The notes below the pieces were generated by a model. The model had not been told where the DNA came from. It was given only the letters and a program-made list of their open reading frames with translations, and did no database searches. Of a stretch of 64,000 nucleotides of DNA, positions 12,588-25,211 are shown in pieces (within the stretch, counting starts at the first letter, position 1; each line of letters starts with the position of its first letter). Where the stretch lies: the NCBI RefSeq assembly GCF_009914755.1, contig NC_060926.1. The stretch is one strand, 5' to 3'. The position numbers and the translations under genes are program-made. The stretch is from the human T2T-CHM13v2.0 reference genome, Homo sapiens.

Positions 12588-13603
12588 TTATGCTTTAAAG
12601 AGGTTCTGTTTTGATTTGTTTCCAGGATTTGTTTCAAGATTTAGAGCTCCTTTTTAGCAGTTCTTGTAGTGGTGGCTTGGTAGTGTCGAATTCTCTCAGC
12701 ATTTGTTTGTCTGAAAATGACAGTATTTTTCCTTCATATATGATGTTTAGTTTCACCAGATACGAAATTCTTTGCTGATAATTTTATTTGAGGAAGCTGA
12801 AGATAGGGCCCCAATCCTTTCTGTTCTGTAAGGTTTCTGCCAAGAAATCTACTGTTAATCTGATAGGTTTTCCTTTAAAGGTTACCTGGTGTTTCTATCT
12901 CCTAGCTCTTAAGATTCTTTCCTTCATCTTAACTTTGGATAACCTGATGACAACATGCTTAGGCAATGATCTTTTTGCAAAAAATTTCCCATGTGTTCTT
13001 TGTGCTTCTTGTATTCGGATGTCTAGGTCTCTAGCAAGGCTGGGGAAGTATTCCTTGATTAGTCCCCCAACTATGTTTTCCAAGCTGTTAGAATTCTCTT
13101 CTTCATCAGGAACACGGATTATTCTTAGGTTTGGTCATTTAACACAATCCCAGACTTCTTGGAGGCTTTGTTCATATTTTTTTATTCTTTTTCTTTGTCT
13201 TTGTCAGATTGAGTTAATTTGAAGACCTTGTCTTCAAGCTCTGAATTTCTTTCTTTTTCTTGTTCAATTGTATTGCTGAGACTTCCCAGAACATTTTGCA
13301 TTTCTAAAAATTGTCCAAACTTCCCTGAATTTTTTATTGTTTTTTCTTTAAGCTATCTATTTCCTTGAATATTTCTCCCTTCACTTCTTATATCATTTTT
13401 TTTTGTTTCTTTGCATTGGGCTTTGCCTTTCTCTGGTGCCTTTCTGATTGGCTTAATAACTAACCTCCTGAATTCTTTTTGAGGTAAATCAGAGATTTCT
13501 TCTTGGTTTGGATCCACTGCTGGTGAATAGTGTGGTATTTTGGTGGTGTTGAAGAGCCTTGTTTTGTCATATTACCAGGGTTGGTTTTCTGGTTCCTTCT
13601 CAT
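12588..13603 (-). pseudogene. L1 ORF1p remnant
   Basis: Start MRRNQKTNPGNMTKQG; fragment EYFPSLARDLDIRIQEAQRT...KHVVIRLSKVKMKERILRA. Confidence 0.85.
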
Positions 13604-15415
13604 TTGGGCAGGCTCTGTCAGAGCAATGGTCTAAGGCTGATGGCTGTTGTGCAGATTCTTTTGTCCCACAGGGTGTTCCCTTGATATAGTACTCTCCCCC
13701 TTTTCCTATGGATGTGGCTTCCTGTGAGCTGAACTGCAGTGATTGCTGTCTCTCTTCTGGGTGTAGCCACCCAGAGAGTCTACCCAGCTCTGGGCTGGTA
13801 CTGGGGGTTGTCTGCACAGAGTCCTGTGATTTGAACCATCTGTGGGTCTCTCAGCCATGGATACAAATGCCTGTTCTGGAGGAGGTGGCAGGGGGGTGCA
13901 ATGGACTCCATGAGGGTTCTTAGATTTGGTGATTTAATGCTCTATTTATTTTTGTGCTCTTTGGCCTCCTGCCAGGAGGTGGTTCTTTCCAGAAAGCATC
14001 AGCTGTAGTAGTATGGTGAGAGACAGGCAGTGGGCGGGGCCCTAGAACTCTCAAGATTATATGCCCTTTGTCTTCTGCTACCAGGGTGGGTAGGGAAGGA
14101 CCATCAGTTGGGGGCAGGGTTAGGTGTGTCTGAGCTCAGGCTCTCCTTAGACTTGAGCTTAGGCAAGTCTTGCTGGGGCTACTGTGGGGATTGGGGGTGA
14201 GATTCCCAGGTCACAAGAGTTGTGTACCTAGGAAGATTATGGCTGCCTCTGCTGAGTGATGCATGTTGTCAGGGAAGTGGGGGAAAGCCAGCAGTCACAG
14301 GCCTTACCCAGCTCCCACACAAACCAGAGGGCTGATCTCACTCCCACCATCCACACCCCCACCAATAACCCCAAGTCTGTTTCCAGGCAGAGGGCAAGAC
14401 GGGCTTGAAAATTTGCTTCAGGCTACCCACCTCCCAGCTGCGTAAGAAAAGGGCTGGTTCTTCCCCCGCCTGTGGAGTCCGCACATCAGATTTGCACCTT
14501 CCCCTGAGTTCTGGCCAGGAAGCTTCTTGCCCTGTTCAAATTGTTACAAAGTTCAGCTAGAGATTTCCTTCTCCCTGTGGAGTTTTACCCCTTGCTCCTC
14601 TGGCCACCCTCCTGATGGATCCCTGTGGTGCCAAACAGGAATGGCCTGCTTGGGGACGCAGCGAGCTCCCAGGGCCTTTCTGCTGGTTCCTCTACCCCTG
14701 TATTTCGCTCAGCTCTCTAAATGCACTCAGCTTCGGGTAAAGTCAGAAACTTCTCCTGCAAAGAGAAACCTACAGTTTCTCCAGTAGGGGTGTGTGTTCG
14801 GAAGAGAAGGGTATCCCTTTCCCACTTCTGCAGTTGGGGCACTCACAGTATTTGGGGTATCTTCCAAGTCCTGCAGGAGCAGTCTGCTTCCTTCAGAGGG
14901 TCTATGGGTCTTCTCGAGATTGCTGGTTTGTTCTTGCAGTCGATCTGGAGCTAAAATTCACAACGTAAGTCTTGGCATGTTGCTCTGTTGGAGCTGCAAT
15001 CTAGTTCTGCCTCCCACCTGCCATGATGATCCCCCAATCTTTTCTGCATAGTTAGTGTTTTATTCTTTGAAGAATGCTTCTAAAACATCACATTAAGTCA
15101 AGTTGAAAGGTAAAGTTCAAAATCGACAGTTTTTAAAGGTTAAGTTATAAGATATGTAATGACTGTTCACTCTTCAAAATCTTAAAATGGTTAAAATGAT
15201 TGAATACCCATCAATCCATTGGGCAAATTGGAACATGTGGTAAATACAATTCTTTATCCACACATCAGGTTTACTATTATTTGCAGGTGAAGGTAGTTGG
15301 AAACATCTTATATATAATTATTTCACTTGAAGGATGTCAATTTATGCAATGATGTGGGGGTGCCAGTGTGAAGTGATTGCATAAATTAGGAAATAGGGAC
15401 TCAAAAGTTCTGGTT

Positions 15416-15638
15416 CAGCCTACACAACATAGCAAAACCCTGTCTCTTCAAAATTAAAAAAAAAATTTACTGGACATTATGGCATGCACCAGTAGTCCAA
15501 GCTACTCAGGAAGCTGGGGCGAGAGGATTGCTTGAGCTCAGGAGGTTGGGGTTGCAGTGAGCTACGATCGCTGATCGCACCAGCCTGGGTGACAGAGCAA
15601 GACCCTGTCTCTTAAAAAGAAAAACAACAACAAAACAA
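15416..15638 (+). mobile_element. AluJ-type element, 5'-truncated
   Basis: GCAAAACCCTGTCTC, GGATTGCTTGAGCTCAGGAGG, CAGCCTGGGTGACAGAGCAAGACCCTGTCTC, A-rich tail. Confidence 0.85.
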
Positions 15639-16770
15639 GTTATGGCTTTAAATTTTTATCAGTTTCATCTTCAATTATCAGGGCCCTGAGTAAAAAATGC
15701 CAACACGTGATAACATGTAAATAATGTACCCGCCCACAGTGCTCTTACTGTATGATTTTATATCCCTTTTATAAATGCCATAAGCATCTGGAAATAAGGG
15801 AAAAGTGATTTTAAGGATGTTACTATGTGCTCCAGCTTTTTGAAGTTGTTAATATATGTTTACATTTTAACACATTTTTCCTATAAACTCATCTTGCTTT
15901 CTCAACTGTAGCAATTCCCACAAGAACATGTTGACTCCAGGGCACAAGGCTTCAAATAATTACTGTATTAGAAGAATTGGCACTGCCCTAGAGGACCAGT
16001 ATATTCTGTGCAGAATCTTTATTTATAAATACTTCTTTATAAAGAGAAGTAGGAGGATCAGTTTTTGATAAACTCTATTCTTGCAAACAAACCCAAGCCA
16101 CAGGTTATATGGAGAACACAATAGAACAACTCCATGATGAGGATCTACCACCATCAAAAACAAAAATACTTCTCCTGAGTTCCCATCTCAAACAATATTG
16201 AAACAAATATAAGGGGTGAGCACTTTGAATTAAGCATTATTGAGCAGGCACATACTATACAAGGGAAGGATCACAGTTAACTATTTAAACTTGGGGCCCA
16301 GATATGTTAGCTGAGTGATGACGGAGCATAGCTATTAGTGTTCATGATTAGTCTTTAAAAATTGTTAATCAGAGACCTCAGTGCCTTCAAAGAGATAAAT
16401 GTCTTCTTTGAGCATGTTTAGTTTTCAACGTCATTTTTAGGCCTATAAACAGGATAATCTTCTTTCCAGTTTTCTCCAAAAGAGCTTTAAAAAACCTTTA
16501 AAGTCTTGCGGAAACCATAAAACTTCTCTAAGCCTGTTTCCTATACCTGTAGAATGGGTAGAATAACACTCCCATGTGTAGGAAAAGTCTGCTGGTATAG
16601 TTGGGTGTCATTCACAATGAAGGCCAGATTACTCACAACAAAGAGGGTCAGGCAAGTGGAACGGAAAGCAATGAAGCAGGCACCAGCCCCATTCACTAGC
16701 AAGGTCTGGTAATTGGCCAGGAAGAGAGGTTTGCATGCAATTGGATCCTGGACCAGAATAGATGTCCTAG

Positions 16771-17322
16771 CGTTACAGGAAAGGGGTCCTGATCCAGACC
16801 CCAAAAGACCATTCTTGAATCTTGCCCAAGAAAGAATTCAGGGCCAGTCCCTAGAGGAAAGTGAAAGCAAGTTTATTAGGAAAGTAAAGGAATAAAAGAA
16901 TGGCTACTTCATAGACAGAGTAGCCCTGAGGGGTCTGGTTGCCCATTTTTATGGTTATTGCTTGATGATATGCTAAACAATGGGTGGATTATTTATGCCT
17001 CCCCTTTTTAGACCATATAGGGTAACTTCCTGACATTGCCATGGCATTTAAAAACTGTCATGGTGCTGGTGGGAGTGTAGCAGTGAGGATCACCAGAGGT
17101 CACTCTCGTCGCCACCTTGGTTTTGGTGGGTTTTAGTTGGCTTCTTTACTGCAACCTGTTTTATCAGCAAGGTCTTTCTGACCTGTATCTTGTGCTGACC
17201 TCCTATCTCATCCTGTGATTTAGAATGTCTTAACTGTCTGTGAATGCAGCCCAGTAGGCTCAGTCTCATTTTACCCAGCCCCTATTCAAGATGGAGTTTC
17301 TCTGGTTTGAATGCCTCTGACA
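16771..17322 (-). mobile_element. MER41A solo LTR (ERV1)
   Basis: 552 bp, TSD CTAG (16767-70 / 17323-26); minus strand starts TGTCAGAGGCATTCAAACCAGAG; lacks the tandem GAS segment of MER41B. Confidence 0.9.
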
Positions 17323-17739
17323 CTAGGACCTTCAATACAGAAGCCACATTTTAAAATTGGCAGTTGTGCTCTGAGGCAAGTTGTGATGTACAGAACAACA
17401 AAAGTAACCAGGTTATAGCACTAAGTAGTTGCTTCCTAGTCAAATATATTGGGAGAAGAAGCTGGATAAGAATCAATAAGAAGAACGTTTGCTTGGAGGA
17501 GAAAATCTGACCTGTAGAGGGGAGATTAGTCACAACAGCCTCAGTCAGTGTCCAAATCTACACAGCACCAGCCTTGAACCCAGAATGTAGGCTAAATGCA
17601 GGTGGACCTAATGAAATTGTCAGTGGGTCTAAATAGAAACATATGTCATTTTCTGTCTTCGCTCAATCTCTCCCTCTCTATTCTCTTCTTTCCTTCTTTT
17701 TCTCATTCTTTCTTCCTTTTTTTCCTTCCTTCTTGCCTT

Positions 17740-18268
17740 TGATGGGGTCAAGGACATGCCACCCCAAAAATAACTGTAGAAGACCAGAATATGCCAAGTA
17801 CGCCTCTTCAGCACAAGAATTACTTGAGCTGGCTATTTGAGAAACAGCAGACACAGAAGAAGCTCTAAAAAATCACTCTTTTAAAAAAGAAATTTATATC
17901 TATAAAGGAAATCTCCATTTGTAAGGATGTCTCTCTCTCTCTGTACCAGGAAGAGAAACATGACTAAATCACTAGAGACTCTTAGTCAATGAAGACGGCA
18001 CCGATTTAAATCTGCATAACAAGCCTTACCCTTGTTTCACAGTGCTTTTCCTGCTTCAGAGATCAATGGGATTTAAGATGTCTAAGACAACTCTTTGGGA
18101 TCTACTCTAGATATCTACTCATTTCTCTGGGTTATCTCCCATGTATACAGGATATATACATGTTATTAAATTTCTGATGTTTTTTCTGTTATTAATCTTT
18201 TTTTTGCTGGGAGTCCCAGATGAGAACTCATGAAAAGTGAAAGAGAAAATTATTTTTCCTCCCCTACA
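17740..18268 (+). mobile_element. MER34-family solo LTR (ERV1)
   Basis: TGATGGGGTCAAGGACATGCCACCCCAAAA...TTTTTCCTCCCCTACA; TSD CCTT on both sides. Confidence 0.8.
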
Positions 18269-19048
18269 CCTTCTTTTCTTCCTTCCTTCCTTTTTCCCTA
18301 CATATTCGCTGGAGTTCAGAGGAAGTGCACAGCTGCTTTAGGCAACTGACTGAGACGTATCAGTTTTACAAGAGGAAATGTTTCGGGGGCTGGTGTAGAG
18401 GCATGCACAGTGACATGTGGGTGGATATCTAAAATTATATAAACCAGAGTAAAATAAAAGGCTCTGTGAGGCCATCTACCTAAATACTGAAAATAAGCAA
18501 TAAACTTCCTCAATGCAGGTAAAGGGAATTAAAATTCATTTACAGCAGTCGGATAGATGATATGAGCAGAAACAGAACACAGTGAATTTAGAGCTCACTT
18601 CAATAACTGTGAAGATTTTACTACATCAGTTCTTACAGTGAGCTTATCTGCTTTTTACAGATGTGGGACTTAAAGAAATTTGATAAACTTCCTTTCTAGG
18701 CTGTATATTAAAGAGAAGGATATTTCTTTTACTATAGGCAAAGTATGAAAAGGAATATTCAAATGTTGTATACATATATATAGATGCGTGTGCATGTGGT
18801 GTGTGTGTGTGTTTGTATCTTGTAAACATATCCTCATCCTTATTCTAAGTTTATCTTAGGAGAGGGCTGCCGCATAGCTTAGCCACACCTCTCACACTTG
18901 GCTCCATTGCAATTTTCTTGTTAAATATTTATTCTCTTAAGGAGGGGGGAGTTTGCATATAATGCTGCAAGAAGGAGCCAACTGGTGAGTGGCATTGTCC
19001 TCAGGGACAAATGAGCTTCGCCAGTGACTTGCAGAAAGATGTTTCAAC

Positions 19049-19791
19049 TGTTAAGGGGAAATCCAAGCTCTGTAAAATATTTTGAAGAGGTTTATTCCCA
19101 GCCAGTATGAGTGACCATGGCCCAGGAAACACAGTCTCAAGAGGTCCTGAGAAAGTAGACCCATGGCAGTCAGATAACAGTTTGGTTTTATGCATTTTAG
19201 GGAAGCAAGAGCAATGGCAAAGGCATAAATCAATACATGGAAGGTAAACATTTGTTCAGCCTGGAAAGGCAGGATGTCTTGAAGCAGGGGGCTTACAGGT
19301 TATAGGTAGATTCTGAGATTCTTTAATTTGCTTTAGGATAAAGGAGTAAAGCTTTGTCTAAACTTAGACTCTAAAGACTTGAAGTCAGTACAAAGGACTG
19401 CTTAAGTTAAGACAAAAGGGGGTCTCCTAGCTGTCATGTGATGCTATAGCACAGGTTGGAAAGTAAGCCACATTATACCAGGTTAATTTCTAAAAGTCAG
19501 ATTTTATGGTTTGTAGAGGGTGACTTAACCCTTGCCTTGTATGGCTTTAGGTCTTATTTATAATTTGGTATTTTATTGCCACAAAGAGTCTGTCCTGAAA
19601 CTTTTATAATCTCTATTTTGACATTAATGTTGGTCAGTTGTGTCTAAACTCCAAAAGAGAGGCTATATAATGAGGCATGTCCAACCTGCCTTCCTGTCAT
19701 GGCCAAGAATTCAGTTTTCCAGGCCACCCCGAGCCAAGAAGAAATCTGTGCAGTTAGCTGGGGGCACTTGGGGTTTTATTTTTATTTTATA
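19049..19791 (-). mobile_element. MER4-group solo LTR (MER4D/E-like)
   Basis: CATAAATCAATACATGGAAGGTAAACATTTG and GGCTTACAGGTTATAGGTAGATTC motifs; ends GGGGTTTTATTTTTATTTTATA; TSD degenerate. Confidence 0.75.
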
Positions 19792-20228
19792 TAGCCCAGA
19801 ATTGTAGCTACCCTTCAGTAACTTAACTGCAGGTGAGTTCACAGTAACTTATGAACTAAACCTAGGAGTTTATGAAACAAGCCCTTGAAAATGCTGTACA
19901 GCTCAGTGGGACCCAGTCCCATGCTAACTGCTGATGTGTTTGAGACATGCTCCTAGTTACCAGGATTTGTGGGTCTCAAACTTTCTGACAGGCAGAATGA
20001 GAGAGGCAGAAGGGAGTGAACTATGTGGATCCCACCAGGTCCTGACTGTCATTTATCAAAATCTTAAAACTACACTGGTGATGAAAATCAGAGCTCTTGT
20101 TTATAAAGAAGACGGAAGATCACAGGTAAGAAAGGAGACTGATAGCTTCAGCTTCTCTTAAGTGCTCACACCAGGTAAATCTGGCTACATGGCTAACTTT
20201 ATGCAGAACAGAACTCATTTATCCAGTA

Positions 20229-20379
20229 TAAAAGAAATTTCCATGCAGAGTTACAGAAACTGAATGCCACATTTCTAAGCAAAGCACCGTTCCTTAGGGC
20301 ACTGTGGATTAGCCTTTCCATGCTAACAGGCATGGATGGAGACAATTTCTTTAGCAGTCCCACAGTGTATTGAAAATTC
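20229..20379 (+). repeat. Copy 1 of a near-identical 150-bp dispersed direct duplication
   Basis: Matches 22032-22180 except one substitution and one 2-bp indel. Confidence 0.97.
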
Positions 20380-20559
20380 AATACAATAATTTCCCAACAC
20401 ACACACTGACACACACACACACACTCACATTCCTCTGGGCATTTGATGACTATTTCAGGAGATTATATAAATAATAGCAGCCCCTACTCACCCCAAAGGT
20501 ATCAGGACCTTGGCATACATCACCTCTTATATTCTCATGATGACAAGAGTGTGAGACAT

Positions 20560-20636
20560 TGTAATCACCCCCATTTCTCAGATAGGAAACCTGAGGCTTA
20601 AGGCCAAAGTCATGCAGCAGCAAGAGGTGAAGCCAA
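20560..20636 (-). mobile_element. MIR fragment
   Basis: CCCCATTTCTCAGATAGGAAACCTGAGGCT core. Confidence 0.65.
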
Positions 20637-20656
20637 TATTAAGAGAAGGTCTATAT

Positions 20657-21519
20657 TGATGCAGGATTTTTCTCAGCCCCTTTGCTGGACTCACAGTATG
20701 GGTGGCCAGACTACTCAGCTCACCACACTCAGCCCCCTGCAGGAGGAAGCATGTGAGCAAGTGAGTGCAGGATCCGGCCAGGCACTCTGAGCACTAACAC
20801 AGCAGCAAGCTCCCTACAGGGCTTGCGGCCAGACCAGGCATGTCACCTCATGGGGAACGTGGTGGCACCCAGGCAAGGCGTCCCACAACCCCAAAGCCCC
20901 AAAAGGGGCGTTAGTGTGCCAATTAGCTCTTTTAGTTCCACCATCCACAGCCCAATGGACAGTGGTATGTTAGCAGCTCCGTGGGCCCTTGGCCCCATCA
21001 CGTGGGGTGACTGCCCTCCATCAGCAAGGGAAAAGGGCCAGGATGACAGCCTTTCTGAGTACCTGCACACAGTGGGTCCTGAGCTCTTGTCCAGCATCCA
21101 AGAAGAATGAGGTCACGCTGACAAACTGAAGGACAATGAAGGAGGATAATTTTATTGAGTGATGAAAACAGCTCCCAGCAGAGAGGGGAGCTGGAAAGGG
21201 GATGGGAAGGGCAAGTCATCTTCTCCAAAGTCAGGAGGTCTCTTCCTTGAAGTCAGGCCTCTCTCTCTAACAACTGAGTCTGGGGTCTTTATAGGCCCAG
21301 GATGGGGGTGGCGTGGGCTGTAGGTAGTATTGGAAAAGGCAAAATCTGATTAATCAAAAGGCATTATTCAGAAAGAATCAATCAGGAGAGAGCAAGCAAA
21401 CAGGAATAGAAGTTCTCACTCTGGGCCACGGTTTTCAGGCTGTTTTTTGCTTGAAGGTGGGATTTCACCAGGGACCCACCCCCATCTGCCTAGGATTTCT
21501 CTGCCTCCTGCCTCTATTA
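20657..21519 (-). mobile_element. GC-rich ERV1 solo LTR (LTR27/LTR28/MER61-like)
   Basis: TGATGCAGGATTTTTCTC...CCCATCTGCCTAGGATTTCTCTGCCTCCTGCCTCTATTA; TSD ATAT on both sides; subfamily uncertain. Confidence 0.75.
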
Positions 21520-22031
21520 ATATGATGTGTGCTTCCAACTGCTATCCTCTCCAGGTTGCCTAATATTCATGGTAAGTATACCTTTAATTTTGCCAAAGAA
21601 GACACTAGCATAGCTACCATGTAGGTTATTCCAACCTGCCTACATCCAATTCAATAGATTAATCAAACTGGAAGAAAAGCAAAACTAAGAAAAACTTTTA
21701 CGGAAACCATAAGAATTGAGATTCTACTCAAATGAATGTCATGAAAATGACTCATCCCATTCTCTATTCCTATAACTAGTTCTCTAGCTCTTAATATTGG
21801 GTCTAGTTTCCATTTGCTGAGGTTACACTTCATTACACAGAATTCCTTAAAAATAAAAACATCAAACTTCAAAGCAGAACTTGTTTTCTGACCTATTTTT
21901 GGTAATCACTGAAGACAATGAGGTTTCTGTTCATCTCCCTCTCCTTGATGTTCTTTCTTTGTGATTACCCCCATCTTTTGTAATTCATTACACCCCAAGG
22001 CAATTACTGCATTTTGTGAAATGCACAGCTT

Positions 22032-22180
22032 TAAAAGAAATTTCCATGCAGTTACAGAAACTGAATGCCACATTTCTAAGCAAAGCACCCTTCCTTAGGG
22101 CACTGTGGATTAGCCTTTCCATGCTAACAGGCATGGATGGAGACAATTTCTTTAGCAGTCCCACAGTGTATTGAAAATTC
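22032..22180 (+). repeat. Copy 2 of the 150-bp duplication (probable donor)
   Basis: Matches 20229-20379. Confidence 0.97.
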
Positions 22181-22455
22181 CCTGAACACAATTGTTCTTT
22201 TTAAACTAGGCCTTTGGTGGCTGCCTAAGATAAGTTACATCTATGTTTCTCTGCCTCTAAACCCAGCTGTTGCTCATTTAGTCGCTTAGCTGAGGAGGGC
22301 AGCCTCTTCATGGAGATAGAAATTAAACATAGATCAATCTTAAATTTTCTGTAATTGTGAAGTTATATCCCACCTCTAACCAGGACATAGGACAGTTCTG
22401 GCCTAAAGCCTTGGACTTTCAGGACTTCCGGGCCAGCCGTCATTTGCCTAAAATC

Positions 22456-23926
22456 TGTTATTGAACTAAACTGGGGTTCACTCACCTGGCACAGTAAAAC
22501 CAGATATCCACACTGAGGTTTACAGTGAAAGAAAGGAAGGCCTTTATTTGCAGGGCAAGGAGAATTGGGCAGCTAACACTTAAGTCTTGACCTCCCCAAT
22601 GGCTTGCAAGTAAGAGTTTTTTAAAGGCAGGGGTAAATTCCAGCAGGAGCTATATGCAAAATCATAAATCAATACACAGAGGTCACACATTGGTTTGGCC
22701 AGGTCATAGGTAGATTCCAAGATTTTCTGTTTGCAATTGGTTAAGAAAGGTTTGTTTAAAAATTTGGGGTCACCAGAAAAGAATGTTAGCTCTGGCTCTT
22801 GAGTATGATTTCCTCCAGGCCCCTCAGGAAGAAATTTAGGACAAGGAACAGTGGTCAGAGTTGTCTTTGGTTCCCCATTTTCCTGAGATCTATGTGCCTG
22901 TGGATCCATTGGGCAGGAGTCCAGCTTTATGAGAAACAACTCAGGGACATATGCTGAGATGTCATCTTTAGTTTTGTAACCACTTGATGGGTTCATCTTG
23001 CCCACTGCCCAGATACAGCCGATATATCAAGACAGGGAACTTGCAATAGAGACAGAGTAAAAGACATGTAGAGCTGGCTAAATGGAAGGCTATAGTTGTA
23101 TTATTACTCAAATCAGCCTACTCAAAAATTTGGTGGTTAGAGATTTTAAATGATAGTTTGGCAGGCAGGAACCTAGGGAATGGGTGCTGCTGAATGTTTG
23201 GGAATGCAATTATAGGGGTGTGGAAAATGGTCCTCCTGTGCTGAGTCTGCTTCTGGGTGGCGGCCAAAGGACCAGTTGAGTCTTGAGTCTCAGGTCTGGA
23301 TGGAAACATCCAGACATCAGAGACCCAAAAGTCTGAAAAGACATCTCAAAAGGCCAATCTTAGGTTCTACAAAATAGTGATGATATTTACAAGAGTAATT
23401 GAGAAAGGTACAGATCTTGTGATCTCCAGAACAATGGCTGGTAATGGTTTAACTATGCCTACATCTTAGCAGAATTCAGTCCCCTCTCATAACCCTACAC
23501 TTGAGGCCTTTTATTAGTTTTATAAAGGCAGTTTTGTTTGGGGAAGTACTATTACTGCTTAAACAATAACTAAATTTCTTCCAGAGTTAGCTTGGCCCAC
23601 TCGCAGGAATGACCAAGGGAAGTTTGGAGGTTAAAGGCAAGATGAAGTTGGTTAGGTCAGATCTCTTTCACTGTCATAGTTTTCTCACTGTTTTAATTTT
23701 TGCAAAGGCAATTTCATTTTTTATACAGAACCAAACATCCCACGATTCTAACTTCCTTAGCTATTGTTTTAAGCTACTATTACTTTCTTGCTTATCAAGT
23801 TGCTTATTTAATTCTCAGGGCTAGCTAGGTGCCTGAAATTTCCCTTGAAGGAACTCATTTCCCTTATTTTCATGCTTGTGGGGAGGAGGAGTTCAGGCCC
23901 CTAGGAGAGGACCCTGCTTCATCTTA
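22456..23926 (-). mobile_element. MER72-like solo LTR split by an LTR8 insertion
   Basis: Homologous to 43129-43887; TSD AATC/AACC; the two halves rejoin across 22975-23716. Confidence 0.75.
22975..23716 (-). mobile_element. LTR8-family solo LTR (LTR8A/B-like) nested in the MER72-like LTR
   Basis: TGTAACCAC...TTTTGCAAAGGCAATTTCA; 742 bp; TSD GTTT/TTTT. Confidence 0.85.
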
Positions 23927-24394
23927 AACCTATGCCAACCATGAACAAAGTAATCCAGACTCTCCCCAGCCAACATTGTACTTCAGCATGCGTGGTCAAA
24001 AATGTCATGGGGTTTGTTGAAACAGTGAAAATTAAGGGTTTTTTGTCTTGTTTTATTTGACTGAGTTAATGCTTCCAAGAATTGGGTCATAATAAAATTT
24101 CTGTGATTTTTCTTAACCAAAGTTTTTATAAGTTGAGCCAAAGATATGTGGCATTGATGGCATTCTGTTAGCTTTATAATACATACTTCATGTAAGAGAA
24201 GATAAAAGGGATCGTTAACACCATTTCAATGCTCTTCAAAAGAGAAATAATGAAGAGGTGGTAAGGGAGGACTGGACAATGACCACCCAAAGGAGGATGC
24301 TAACATTTCAATTAAGTAATTTAAATATAGCTGTATTGAAGTCAAACTCAAGTATTAACTGAGGAGCCTAAATATTTCCCACTGTCTGACAGAA

Positions 24395-24530
24395 AACAAG
24401 TAACTGAACCTTCCAAAATCTTAAATTTTTTCATCTGTAAAACACAGCTTACAATGCCGTCTCTCAACAGAGAGCTGTTGAGAAGGTTATTTGAAGTCAT
24501 GTATGTGAAAGTGCTCTGTAAACTGAAGGG
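24395..24530 (+). mobile_element. MIR
   Basis: TTTCATCTGTAAAA...GTTGAGAAGGTTA...TATGTGAAAGTGCT. Confidence 0.7.
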
Positions 24531-24695
24531 TCGCCACAATAGAAGTACAACACAGTCAAGAGGACAGAGCATAATGGAACTTTGTTCTTGTTCTGCCTGT
24601 CTAACTGGCTGCAGAAGACTATGCCTTTCTTTCCTTTCTCTTCTGCTTCTTGTCTCCCTCTAAATCCACTGTGTGTGTGTGTATGTGTTTATGTG

Positions 24696-25211
24696 TTAAA
24701 GGAACTCAAAATATTTCACCCCAAACTATACTTCTTTGACATATTTTGAGATGGCTGCTCAGAGAGTCAGCAAACAGAAGTAATCTGGCTAAGCTGTCTT
24801 TTGTGGGGAAGATTTACATCTGCAGAAAATCTGCATTAACACAGCTGAGGCCTTCCCTTGTCTGGACCTAGGAAAGATTAACTGAGAGTCTGATATCTTA
24901 ACGGTCTAAAACAAACATTTACTGTCTATTCCCTTTGAGGGCTGCAACCTCAAAGATTCCATCTACATAATAAGACCACTTTGCTAGCCAAGCCTCCTCT
25001 TCTCTCCCTTCCATAACCTGTCTTGCTACTATAACCTGATTTAGCACCTTAACTTTTTTTGGCCATCTTCTGAGCCCTCCTTTTTTCTGCAACCTCAAAA
25101 TGGTATATAAGCTCCTGAACACTCCTGGAGGTAGGGGAAAGCACTCTGTGGCTCTCCCTCATGTGCATGGTAACAAATGTGTTTCTCCAAATAACCTCCT
25201 TTGTGAGTTGG
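24696..25211 (+). mobile_element. MER34A-like LTR, 3' end eroded, flanked by (TG)n
   Basis: AAAATATTTCACCCCAAACTATACTTCTTTGACATATTTTGAGATGGC; homologous (inverted) to 30750-31349. Confidence 0.75.

Larger units (their letters stand above)
8502..15040 (-). mobile_element. Full-length LINE-1, L1PB1/L1PBa-type (about 6.5 kb), defective
   Basis: L1PB-type 3' end next to a short T tract; 5' end GGGGGATCATCATGGCAGGTGGGAGGCAGAACTAGATTGCAGCTCC; TSD GCATGGTTAGTGTTT (8487-8501) / GCATAGTTAGTGTTT (15046-15060), then TTTT/AT endonuclease-type site; ORF1 and ORF2 fragments in order. Confidence 0.95.

Noticed and set aside
16771-17322. Interferon-inducible (STAT1) MER41 enhancer
   Set aside because: This copy lacks the segment carrying the tandem TTCnnnGAA sites of MER41B; it is MER41A-type.
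19830-20180. Cluster of consensus splice donors (CAG/GTGAGT, CAG/GTAAGA, CAG/GTAAAT) suggesting lncRNA exons
   Set aside because: Such words are frequent by chance; no matching acceptor or coding evidence can be established without transcript data.
20229-20379. Duplicated 150-bp unit as a snoRNA, MITE or CRISPR-like repeat
   Set aside because: No convincing C/D or H/ACA architecture, no TIRs or TSD, and only two copies 1.8 kb apart.
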